Shown: positions 39,787 to 49,353 of the stretch, piece by piece
How positions within the stretch are numbered: position 1 is the first letter of the stretch
Layout: the number at the start of each line of letters is the position of its first letter
Assembly: GCA_002292815.1 (NCBI GenBank)
Contig: DBBX01000031.1
Coordinates: forward strand, 38,472-102,471
Direction of reading: 5' to 3'
From: Thiotrichaceae bacterium UBA973
Lineage (GTDB): Bacteria; Pseudomonadota; Gammaproteobacteria; Eutrophobiales; Eutrophobiaceae
Length of the DNA: 64,000 bases
Program-made: the position numbers and the translations under genes
The notes under the pieces: model-generated
Told to the model about the DNA's origin: nothing
Database searches by the model: none
The model's input: only the letters and a program-made list of their open reading frames with translations

Positions 39787-42495
39787 TCACCAGGTTAGCC
39801 ATTTCAATACAAACGGATTATTTCTCCTGACAAAAACTCGCCTTAGTTCATCGCCCAGCAATATAAAAATTGCAAACGGGACACTGAGCATCAAGTGCCA
39901 TGCTTCTAGAGGCGCTGTATTAAAAAACACATTACACCAGGGCACGTAACTTATCAGGCCTAGCAATACTAACTCTGTAAAAATGCCAAATAACACCAAA
40001 CGATTATTGAAAAAACCAACTGTTATTAAACTTTGGCGTCGAGTACGACAAATAATTACGTCGGAAATCTGACAAATTATAATAGACGCGAAGAATGCCG
40101 TAATAGCTGTTTGATAGACGGGATCATTAACCGCCAGATCCTGACCCCATTGCCAGCCATTAGAAAAAAGCACCACAAAATAACTAAAAAAACCTGCCGC
40201 TGCCTGTACCATACCAACAACGCCATAACTCATGAAAAGCATGTTTCGTGTCAATAAACGTTCGTTTCTCGAGCGCGGCGGTTTATTCATAACATCTGAT
40301 TCCGGGCGTTCCGCGCCCAGACCCAATGCCGGCAATAAGTCTGTACCTAGATCAATGGTGAGGATGAGTACAACCGTTAATGGCAGCGGAATATCGAGTA
40401 CGACATAGGCAATGAAAGGGGTAATCTGCGGGATATTACTGGTTAAAATGTAGGCGATAAACTTTTTAATATTTTCAAAGATTGTTCGGCCTTCTTCAAT
40501 TGCTGTAACTATCGTTGCAAAATTATCATCTATCAACACCATATCGCTTGCTTCCTTGGCAACATCGGTGCCCATAATCCCCATCGCCACGCCCATGTCG
40601 GCATTTTTCAAGGCCGGCGCATCATTTACACCATCCCCGGTAACCGTGACAATTTCTTTCTTGTCTTGCAGAGCTCTGACTATTTGTAACTTTTGCTCTG
40701 GCGATATGCGGGCAAAGACCAGTTCTTTCTCAGCTAATACTTTACTCAAATCAGCCGCATCCATTTCTGCGAGTTCATGGCCTTGTATTACCTGGCCATC
40801 ACCAGTAAATAAGCCAATGTCACGAGCTATAGTTTCGGCAGTGGGGCCATAATCACCGGTCATCATAAAGACCCGGATACCCGCTGTACGACATTTCGCT
40901 AACGCGTTATGAACTTCTGGGCGGGGCGGATCCAGCATGCCAATAATGCAAACAAACAAATATCCTCCGTCAACAAGTTCATCGTTATGTGTCTCCCGGT
41001 AAGCAAGCGCTAGACCACGCTCACCTCTGGCAGCCAGATTATTATATTTATTTAGTAATTCTTGCCGGACGTCATTATCAAGCTTGTGAACATTATTGCC
41101 TTCTAAAACCCGGTCACACATAGCCAGCACGACTTCCGGTGCGCCCTTCAAATACGCCTGATTATTTTCCAGCAACGGGTCATCATTGATCGTAATCATA
41201 TATCTTGATGATGATTCAAATGGTTTTTCGGTGATCCGCCGCTGTTCCTCTAGCCCAGCAATTAATTGATACTTGTTTGCGAATAACAACAGTGCGCCTT
41301 CTGTCGACTCACCAATATAGCCGCCATTAACTAATTGCGCGTTATTACAGAGATTCATTACCTTGCACGCCAGACTAAAACCAGGGTGCGCTGCATCAAC
41401 TTGTTCTGCTTGATATTCTTCATCAAGAAAAATCAGCGTGTTCACACTAATCTTGTTTTGTGTGAGCGTGCCGGTCTTATCAGTGCAGATAACGGTTGAG
41501 CTGCCCAATGTTTCAACGCTTTCCAGATTTTTTATTAATGCATTCTTTGACGCCATGCGTTTGCTTGCCATAGCAAGCGCTAAAGTAACAGTCGGCAACA
41601 GGCCTTCTGGCACATTGGCAACGATAATGCCGATAGCGAAGATCAAGCTGCTTATAGATCCTTTACCAAGAACAATACTGACAATAAAAAACAAAACACC
41701 AAGAAAGATAGCGATGGAACTGATTATTCGAATAAAATGCTTCAGTTCTTTCCCTATCGGCGTTTCGACTACTGCGGTTTCTTTAGTGAGCTGGACGATC
41801 TTGCCAAACTGGGTATGCATTCCGGTTGCACAAACCAGCATCAGGCCAACACCACTTTCGACGAGCGACCCGGAAAAGACCATATTGTGACTTTCCAATA
41901 TATTGTCAGCCTGATGATCGCTATCCAACAATATTGCTTCACTCTCTCCGGTCAAACTACTCTGGTCAACTCGCAACAAACGATCTCCAAGCAAGCGACC
42001 GTCAGCAGGGACCCTGTCGCCTTCACCTAAACGGACTATATCACCGGGCACGATCATGCTTGCGTCTACTTCGATTTCATCACCATCTCTGATAACACGA
42101 ACCATGGTTGGCATCATCCTGCGAAAACTTTCCATGATCTTTTCACTTTGATGTTCCTGTATGTAAGTAAATGTCGCGTTCAAAACAGTAACGCCAAACA
42201 AGGCAATAGCGATATAGAGGTTCCCAATGCCAGGGTCAAGATGCTCAGCTAACAAGGCCAAACCACTGCCCGCAATAAGTAATAAGGCGAAAAAATTCTT
42301 GAATTGCTTTAAAAACTTCAGGATCTCGGGGACATCCTGTTTCACACGTAATTCATTCGCACCATACTTTTCCAGCCGTGTACGCACGCCCTCTGTAGAC
42401 AAACCGTGAACATCAGCATCGAAATGTTCATAGAGATCATCAATTGAAGACAGGTGATATTGCAGATTATTGTTATCTATTATTGGTGTATCCAT
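39787..42495 (-). CDS. P-type ATPase, type II, most similar to the Na,K/H,K-ATPase alpha (IIC) pattern
   Basis: 902 aa with TGES, [63 protein letters not shown]. Confidence 0.92.
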   Translation of the reverse strand: [902 protein letters not shown]

Positions 42496-42559
42496 TCTAA
42501 TGTTATCCTAACCGTACTTAATGACACTTCAATTGCGTTAAATCAAAAAATTACCCATC

Positions 42560-43375
42560 ATGCCTGAATTACCCGAAGTTGAAACGACACGTAGAGGTAT
42601 TGCGCCTTTTGTCGTCGGTGAAGTTGTAAAAGACATTATTATTCGCGAGCGTCAACTGCGTTGGCCCATCCCTGTAAGCTTGAAGCGATCACTCAAGAAC
42701 CAAGTCATTAGAACGCTACATCGCCGCGCAAAATATTTACTCTTCAATACTGACAAGGGCTGCATGATTTTACACCTTGGCATGTCTGGCAGCTTGCGAA
42801 TCATTAATGATTCGCAAGCCCCTGAAAAACATGATCACGTCGATATTATATTAGAATCCGGCCAAATACTTCGTTTTCGAGATCCAAGAAAATTTGGCTC
42901 AATACTCTGGACAAAAGATGAACCAATGGAGCACAAGCTGCTTAACCATCTCGGCCCTGAGCCATTAAGCGATGAGTTTCAGGTTGATTATTTGTATGCT
43001 CGTTCAAGAAAACGAACTCAAGCTATCAAAACGTTTATCATGAATAATTGTATCGTTGTTGGTGTGGGTAATATCTATGCAAGTGAAGCCCTCTATCGTG
43101 CTGGCATAAAACCGACGCAGAAAGCAGGGAAGATTTCAAAAGCAGGATGCGAAAAATTAATCATTGAGATAAAGAACGTTTTGACACATGCCATTGAAAA
43201 AGGTGGCACGACTTTACGCGACTTTATCAATGGTGAAGGCAAGCCCGGTTATTTCAAAAATGAATTACAAGTTTACGATAGAGCAGGTAAACCTTGTTAT
43301 CACTGTAAATCACCGATAAAAATGATTCGACAGGGGCAACGATCTACTTTTTATTGCACAAAATGCCAACACTAA
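42560..43375 (+). CDS. mutM: Formamidopyrimidine-DNA glycosylase
   Basis: 271 aa with MPELPEVET at the N-terminus and a C-terminal zinc finger C.HC......R...QRSTFYC..CQ. Confidence 0.95.
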   Translation: MPELPEVETTRRGIAPFVVGEVVKDIIIRERQLRWPIPVSLKRSLKNQVIRTLHRRAKYLLFNTDKGCMILHLGMSGSLRIINDSQAPEKHDHVDIILESGQILRFRDPRKFGSILWTKDEPMEHKLLNHLGPEPLSDEFQVDYLYARSRKRTQAIKTFIMNNCIVVGVGNIYASEALYRAGIKPTQKAGKISKAGCEKLIIEIKNVLTHAIEKGGTTLRDFINGEGKPGYFKNELQVYDRAGKPCYHCKSPIKMIRQGQRSTFYCTKCQH

Positions 43376-43756
43376 ATATTGAAAGTAATAAGATTTTTAC
43401 CTTTTAGAATTTTTATCTTGCTGCCATCAATAGCTACAGCGCAAGACAGATTAATAATGACAAACTGCCCTGCACAGCAATTCATTGTCTATCATGCATG
43501 CGCTCATCTAAGTCTCATCAACAATAATAATAAAGCAATTACTCTGAAATACAGTTAAGAAGACTGGCTCAAACTTTAAAACAGGGGTTTGGCTACAGTA
43601 AACGCTGTGACGATTTGCTAGATTGTAAAAATACCGGTTAAATTAAACTTACTGAGAATATTTGTGTCTACAGAAGCTGGGGAAATTCTTTATTTTTTGT
43701 ATAATTTGCGAAAAATAACGAACTACATCACAACAATTATAAAAAGAAGATAACTT

Positions 43757-45103
43757 ATGATAAATCAACGTGTTTTTGTATTATCGCTACAGAATATGAG
43801 TAATTTCGGCCTCTTAAATGTATTTCTTCTTGTAGTAACACTGCTTTTCCTCCCTGTCGTTAATTCTTTCGCAGTAGAGCTGACGATAGACCAACATGAC
43901 GACCTGGATTCATTGACTATATTGGGTTTATTGGCCGCTGCTGAAACAGATATTGAGGCGGGGCGCTACATCGAGCCTACCGGAAAAAATGCCTATGAGA
44001 AGGTAAAAAAAATACTGGCAGAGGACGCCAATAATATGGCGGCGGCCCGAATTCTGGCCAAAATCTTAAAAATAAATATTGAAGCATTACAGACAGCGCT
44101 TAACATCGGAGATTCTATAGGGGCAAAAGAATATCTAAAAATAATACGTAAAATTAACCCCGACGCCATATCAATAACAAACGCCGAAAAAATGCTTGAT
44201 GATGACCTTAGTGCAATCTCGGAGGATGTGGGTAAAACGGAAAACTACAATTTAGCCGGTGAGATGGTGGAAATCTCTGGCGGATCATTTCTGATGGGAA
44301 CCCTAGAGGGCAGAAATGATGAGAAACCGCAGCATATTGTTACTGTCCCATCTTTTGAAATCGGAAAATACGAAGTCACCGTTGGCCAATTCAAAAGATT
44401 CATCGAGGCCACGGGTTATCTTACCGATGCAGAGACAAATGCAGGGATACATAAGGGTTGTTTTAGTGACGGCGGCGGCGTTGATTTTGGTCAGAAAGAA
44501 GGATTGACGTGGCGCAATCCTAGCTACACTCAGTCAGACAATCACCCCGTGGTCTGTGTCAGCTTGAACGATGCGCACGCTTATATTGATTGGCTTAATA
44601 AAGAAACCGGCAGCAACTACGGTTTACCTTCAGAAGCAAAGTGGGAGTACGCCGCACGCTCAGGCAGCACTACTGATTATCATTTTGGTAATTCAAAATC
44701 AGACTTATGTCTGTATGCCAATGTCTATGATGAAGTCGGTAGAGACATCAATAGCTATGGCTGGAGAAATGCGCCCTGTGATGATGGTGAAGCAAAATCT
44801 TCCAAGGTAGGACAATATCAGGCAAGTCCTTTTGGACTGCATGATATGCATGGCAACGTATGGGAGTGGGTAGAAGACTGCTGGAAGTCTGACTACCGTA
44901 ATGCCCCAAGCAATGGCACGGCATACAAAGACGACAAATGCGAACATCGCGTAACTCGCGGTGGCTCTTGGTACAATATTCCGTTGGGAGTTCGCTCAGC
45001 AAACCGCTATTGGTATATGCCAACCTATCGCAGTTTTAATCTGGGGTTTCGTATCTTCAGAGATACGAGTCTGGTTGTAACTAAAAACTCAAAAGGGGAT
45101 TAA
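43757..45103 (+). CDS. Secreted/anchored FGE-sulfatase (SUMF1/EgtB/PvdO) fold protein with an N-terminal helical-repeat region
   Basis: 448 aa. The C-terminal ~270 aa carry GGSFLMG, KPQH.V....F.IGKYEVT..QF..F, HPVVCVS..DA.AY..WL, LPSEA.WEYAAR, HGNVWEWVEDCW, RGGSW, LGFR. The hydrophobic N-terminus suggests an alternative start at 43796 (MSNFGLLNVFLLVV). Confidence 0.85.
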   Translation: MINQRVFVLSLQNMSNFGLLNVFLLVVTLLFLPVVNSFAVELTIDQHDDLDSLTILGLLAAAETDIEAGRYIEPTGKNAYEKVKKILAEDANNMAAARILAKILKINIEALQTALNIGDSIGAKEYLKIIRKINPDAISITNAEKMLDDDLSAISEDVGKTENYNLAGEMVEISGGSFLMGTLEGRNDEKPQHIVTVPSFEIGKYEVTVGQFKRFIEATGYLTDAETNAGIHKGCFSDGGGVDFGQKEGLTWRNPSYTQSDNHPVVCVSLNDAHAYIDWLNKETGSNYGLPSEAKWEYAARSGSTTDYHFGNSKSDLCLYANVYDEVGRDINSYGWRNAPCDDGEAKSSKVGQYQASPFGLHDMHGNVWEWVEDCWKSDYRNAPSNGTAYKDDKCEHRVTRGGSWYNIPLGVRSANRYWYMPTYRSFNLGFRIFRDTSLVVTKNSKGD

Positions 45104-46785
45104 GGAATATAAAAAACTTCTGCTCGACCTTCTCCGCGAGGATCGCTAGCGGCAAAGATTAGATCTTTCTTTTTCCAGATCATAATCGCCTGCATATTGC
45201 CATAACGCCGATTTTTTTCTTTAAGCATATGGCCTTTACCTTTAAGGACTGCTTGTTCACTGCTAGTTAAACCACCCAGTTCGTATTGTACTTGATCGGG
45301 CAGATATTGATGATGATAGCGCGGTAAACTCACCCACGATTTAGGCGCATTTCCTTCTGCAAAATCCAAAACACCCAACAATACCATGCTAATAATACGA
45401 CTACCGCCCGGCGTGCCGAGCACAGCGACACGATCATCTGTTTCAAGAAACGTCGGCGACATACTAGACAATGGTCGTTTGCCCGGGGCTATGGCATTAG
45501 CATAGTCACCGACTAAGCCATAAGCATTCGCTGTTAGTGGCTTCACAGAAAAATCATCCATTTCATTATTTAAAAGCACACCTGTGCCTTTAGCAACAAA
45601 ACCGGAACCAAATGGCAGGTTAATACTTAAGGTCGCAGAGACTCGATTACCTACAGCATCAACAACTGAAAAATGTGTTGTATCAGTACCTGTTTTTTCA
45701 ACCGTTGCAACATTACTTAATTCACTGCTTGGTGTTGCGCGTTCCAAATTAATTGTTAAGGCAAGACCTTCAGCATAATTTTTATCTAACAAACGTTCGA
45801 CAGGTATATCAATAAAATCAGGATCGCCCAGATAAGCAGCGCGATCACGATAGGCGCGGCGCATTGCTTCTATAACAACATGTTTTCGTGTTATGGGATC
45901 CAGCTTATCTAAATTGAATTGCTCCAGAATGTTCAGCGCTTGTCCCATGACAATACCGCCAGAAGAAGGTGGTGCAGCTGACGTAACCTTGATGCCGTTG
46001 TAATTAATAACAATGGGCTCTCGCTCAACAACCTGATACTTTTTAAGGTCATCCAGTTCCCAAATACCACCATTATTTTTAACACTGGTAACCATCTGCT
46101 TGGCAACTGGCCCTTGATAAAACCCTTTGCTGCCATGATTTGCTATTGCTGTTAGCGTTCTCGCCAAATCTTTTTGAACGATCAACTCACCAATAGCAGG
46201 GACTTTATATTTTATAAGAAATATTTGAGCCGCATCGGGATACTGCTTTACAACATCTTTCCGATAACCCATCAACTTCTGATAGCGCTCCGTTACAGCG
46301 AAGCCTTCTTGTGCTTGTTTAATCGCTGGCGCAAGGACTTGCTTTAGCGATAAACGGCCATAATTTTTCACTAGATGTTCAATGCCTGCAGGCACACCCG
46401 GGATACCCGCCGCCATCGGCCCATTCAATGACAAGCCCTTAACAACATTACCCGCTTTATCCAGATACATATTATGGGTGCTTCGCATAGGCGCCTTCTC
46501 ACGTCCATCGATCATAGTCTGCTTATTATCAGATACACGATGTACTAACCAGAATGCACCGCCACCAATACCAGAACTATAAGGCTCAACAACAGCTAAT
46601 GATGCCGTTATCGCGGCAGCTGCATCAAAGGCATTGCCGCCTTGTCTTAATATATCAATACCGGCTTGTGTTGCTAAAGGATGGGCACTTGCAATCGCAA
46701 CTTGCTTTGGTTCTGCAAAGACATAAGAAGAAGTAAAAATTAATATGCAGAAAAATGAAGACAGTGTCTTGATGCTTTTTATCAT
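45100..46785 (-). CDS. ggt: Gamma-glutamyltransferase
   Basis: 561 aa with a signal peptide, GGNAFDAA, the autoprocessing-site context TGTDTTHFSVVD, and GTPGGSRI. Confidence 0.93.
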   Translation of the reverse strand: MIKSIKTLSSFFCILIFTSSYVFAEPKQVAIASAHPLATQAGIDILRQGGNAFDAAAAITASLAVVEPYSSGIGGGAFWLVHRVSDNKQTMIDGREKAPMRSTHNMYLDKAGNVVKGLSLNGPMAAGIPGVPAGIEHLVKNYGRLSLKQVLAPAIKQAQEGFAVTERYQKLMGYRKDVVKQYPDAAQIFLIKYKVPAIGELIVQKDLARTLTAIANHGSKGFYQGPVAKQMVTSVKNNGGIWELDDLKKYQVVEREPIVINYNGIKVTSAAPPSSGGIVMGQALNILEQFNLDKLDPITRKHVVIEAMRRAYRDRAAYLGDPDFIDIPVERLLDKNYAEGLALTINLERATPSSELSNVATVEKTGTDTTHFSVVDAVGNRVSATLSINLPFGSGFVAKGTGVLLNNEMDDFSVKPLTANAYGLVGDYANAIAPGKRPLSSMSPTFLETDDRVAVLGTPGGSRIISMVLLGVLDFAEGNAPKSWVSLPRYHHQYLPDQVQYELGGLTSSEQAVLKGKGHMLKEKNRRYGNMQAIMIWKKKDLIFAASDPRGEGRAEVFYIP

Positions 46786-46802
46786 GGTGTTGTATTAAAA
46801 AA

Positions 46803-47279
46803 TCAGGGAAATTTATCTTTAAGTGCAGCAGCCACTATCGAATCAACAAATATGCTAACGTCCCCATGCAAAGACGCTATCTCTCGCACCAGACTTGATG
46901 TGGTACAAGCCAGGTTTTCTGCCGGCGTTAAAAATACCGTTTCAATATCAGAATTTAATTGCCTATTCATGCCTGCCATCTGAAACTCATAATCAAAGTC
47001 GGATACGGCGCGTATGCCGCGAACGATCACACTCGCCTTTTTTTCACGCGCAAGATCCGTCGCCAACGCTCGGAACGGGATCACTTCAATATTCTTAATA
47101 TCCGCCAAGACTTTGCTCGCCAGTTCAACGCGCTCGTCAATGGTAAACAGGGTGTTCTTGCTCGTCGTGTCAGCAACAGCAATGATGACTTTATCAAACA
47201 ATTTAGCCGCACGCCGCGTGATGTCTGCATGCCCTTTAGTAATTGGATCAAATGTGCCTGGATAAATTGCCGTTACCAT
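46803..47279 (-). CDS. coaD: Phosphopantetheine adenylyltransferase
   Basis: 158 aa with AIYPGTFDPIT.GH, RG.R..SDFDYE, and S.VREI...GGD-like SLVREIASLHGD. Confidence 0.95.
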   Translation of the reverse strand: MVTAIYPGTFDPITKGHADITRRAAKLFDKVIIAVADTTSKNTLFTIDERVELASKVLADIKNIEVIPFRALATDLAREKKASVIVRGIRAVSDFDYEFQMAGMNRQLNSDIETVFLTPAENLACTTSSLVREIASLHGDVSIFVDSIVAAALKDKFP

Positions 47280-47330
47280 TTCAGTTCCTCATTAAACATA
47301 TTAATAGAAACATATTTAAAAAAGTGCTTT

Positions 47331-47879
47331 TTAAATAGCTTCTATAAGCATTGATTGTACATTACCTGCCTTTGTTTGTTTCCTGATTTCCCAACCATTA
47401 GGCAATGCTAGATTTTTTTCAGATTCAATATAAACCAGTCCTTTAGGCTTCAATAACGATTCTTCGCCAATGGCTTCACAACACTGCTCGATATAACCCT
47501 TGCCAAAGGGAGGATCTAGAAAGATGACATCAAACCCATTAACTCCCTGCCTGAGCCAGCTTGCTGCATCGGCGAGCTGAATTGTATGACCTTCACTTCC
47601 CAGTGTATCAGCATGCTGTTTTAGCGATTCGACAATCTTTGGGTTGGATTCGATCATAAAAACCTCTGCCGCACCCCGGGATAAGGCTTCAAAGGCAAGC
47701 GCCCCTGTTCCGGCAAAGAGATCCAGGCAGCGCGCGCCGACGATCTCTTGTTGCAACCAATTAAAAAGTGTTTCGCGAACTCGAGCAGGCGTCGGGCGTA
47801 AACCTGGTGAATTGATTACATCAAGTTTTCTTCCGCGCCACTTACCGGCAATAATACGAATCTTGCCGGGCACCCCCAC
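47331..47879 (-). CDS. rsmD: 16S rRNA (guanine966-N2)-methyltransferase
   Basis: 182 aa with IRIIAGKWRGRKL, RPT..RVRETLFNWL, DLFAGTGALAFEALSRGA, FLDPPF. Confidence 0.9.
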   Translation of the reverse strand: MGVPGKIRIIAGKWRGRKLDVINSPGLRPTPARVRETLFNWLQQEIVGARCLDLFAGTGALAFEALSRGAAEVFMIESNPKIVESLKQHADTLGSEGHTIQLADAASWLRQGVNGFDVIFLDPPFGKGYIEQCCEAIGEESLLKPKGLVYIESEKNLALPNGWEIRKQTKAGNVQSMLIEAI

Positions 47880-47882
47880 GGC

Positions 47883-49226
47883 TTAAGAGCCTTCTTTTGA
47901 TTCTTCTGAATCTTCTGCTGCAAGACCTACCATAACCGTTACTAACTTATCTGGTGTCACTCGACGTTTAAAAGCATCTTTTATTTGATCAATGGTTACA
48001 GCATCGACATTAGCATTAAAGGTATCAAGATAATCTAATGGCAACTTGTAATAACCAATAACAACAACGTAGTTAAGAATCTTGCTGTTGCTGTCGATGC
48101 GTAATGGATAACCACCCGTGATATTTTTCTTGGAAGCGATTAACTCTTCTTTAGTTGGGCCGGTTTCAATATAACGATTAATATTTTCCATCAACACAAA
48201 TAAGGCCTCACCAACTTGTTCGGTCTTGGTTTGTAGGCCGGCAATGAAAGGACCTTCAAATCGCATCGGTGAAAAATAACTATAGGCACTATAAGATAGA
48301 CCACGTTTTTCTCGCACCTCAGCAAACAGACGCGACACCATGCCACCGCCACCTAACACATGATTGCCAACATAAAGCGGGAAATAATCAGAGTCGCCAC
48401 GCTTAACACCCGGCTGACCAACAAGAATGTGGGTTTGTGCTGAAGGATGTTCAATAAATACTTTATTAGCCTTTTCTAATTGGCTGACGTTTGCTAATGC
48501 CTTGGCTTTCTCACCTTGTGCAAGCCCACTGGTAATATCGTCGGCAATTTTCTCTGCCTGTTTTCTGTCGACAGCACCAACAATTGCGACCATGGCATTT
48601 TTAGTAACGTAATATTGTTTATAAAACGCCTCGATATCTTTGCGCTTAATCGCTGCTACAGATTCTTCCGTGCCTGCGCTTGGTTGAGCATAAGGGTGCG
48701 ATTGATATACCGCACTCATGAAGGCATCTCTAGCCAAAGCGCCCGGACTTTGTTGTTTAGCTTGCAAGCCAATCAGTGTCTGAGCACGCCTTCTCTCTAA
48801 AGCATCTTTTGGAAAAACAGGTTTTGAAATAACTTTTTTAAAGTTTTCAAGGGCAGCAGACAACAATGGTTCATCTGTTAAAGATCGTAATTGCACAGAA
48901 GCAGAGTCATAACCCGCATTAGAACCAAAAACGGCACCTAAGGATTCAAAACCACTACTTATTTGGTCGGCGTTCATCCCAGCTGCGCCTTGATCTAATA
49001 AGCTGCTCGTTAATGCAGCAACACCCGGCAACTGTCCATCACGGCTACTACCCGCATCAAAGACAACCTGCATATCAACCATAGGTAACTCCGGCGCATG
49101 CACATAGTAAACCTCCGCACCGCTATTGGTTTTCCAAGTCTCAATCTTCGGTGAAGCTTGAACAGACCAACTGCTAAACGACAAACAAACAAAACTCAAT
49201 AAGAGACTTGAAAATCTCTTATTCAT
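47883..49226 (-). CDS. M16-family peptidase-like protein, non-catalytic subunit type (no HxxEH)
   Basis: The start is moved to the ATG at 49226 (MNKRFSSLLLSFVCLSFSSWSVQA, a signal peptide). The ORF-track N-terminal extension overlaps the upstream gene. It has the M16 fold pattern, but the zinc-motif position reads GVAALTSSLL. Confidence 0.85.
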   Translation of the reverse strand: MNKRFSSLLLSFVCLSFSSWSVQASPKIETWKTNSGAEVYYVHAPELPMVDMQVVFDAGSSRDGQLPGVAALTSSLLDQGAAGMNADQISSGFESLGAVFGSNAGYDSASVQLRSLTDEPLLSAALENFKKVISKPVFPKDALERRRAQTLIGLQAKQQSPGALARDAFMSAVYQSHPYAQPSAGTEESVAAIKRKDIEAFYKQYYVTKNAMVAIVGAVDRKQAEKIADDITSGLAQGEKAKALANVSQLEKANKVFIEHPSAQTHILVGQPGVKRGDSDYFPLYVGNHVLGGGGMVSRLFAEVREKRGLSYSAYSYFSPMRFEGPFIAGLQTKTEQVGEALFVLMENINRYIETGPTKEELIASKKNITGGYPLRIDSNSKILNYVVVIGYYKLPLDYLDTFNANVDAVTIDQIKDAFKRRVTPDKLVTVMVGLAAEDSEESKEGS

Positions 49227-49353
49227 TGTGATATTGGGATACAGTGCGAGGCGTCCCGCAATGAGAACTCGAGACATATCGAATAGATAGGCGAGGGGCG
49301 GATGAGGACACAACGACGCAATGCGCGCGATAGTGCAATTAATAAGAGATTTT

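Noticed and set aside
41438-41890. Antisense ORFs inside confidently called genes: 150 aa inside the P-type ATPase gene, and similar frames at 51419..51874 (ftsY), 46959..47354 (coaD/rsmD), 26615..26943 (DUF4124 gene), 7828..8172 (pyk) and 8719..8964 (fba start).
   Set aside because: All overlap genes with strong homology-based calls on the opposite strand. They have biased, motif-free translations and lack Shine-Dalgarno sequences.
43379-43558. Possible 59-codon TTG-start ORF just after mutM (LKVIRFLPFRIFILLPSIATAQD...), with a signal-peptide-like N-terminus.
   Set aside because: It has a TTG start only 3 nt after the mutM stop and no Shine-Dalgarno. The region is AT-rich, where such frames arise by chance, and I recognise no motif. 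It is worth a look only if Ribo-seq data exist.
49227-49353. Relatively GC-rich 127-bp spacer between the two M16 peptidase genes. I considered a REP element or small RNA.
   Set aside because: I found no convincing inverted repeat or stem-loop by eye, and no similarity to the 53517 element. The ORF-track N-terminal extension of the downstream gene through this spacer is better explained by an in-frame open stretch.
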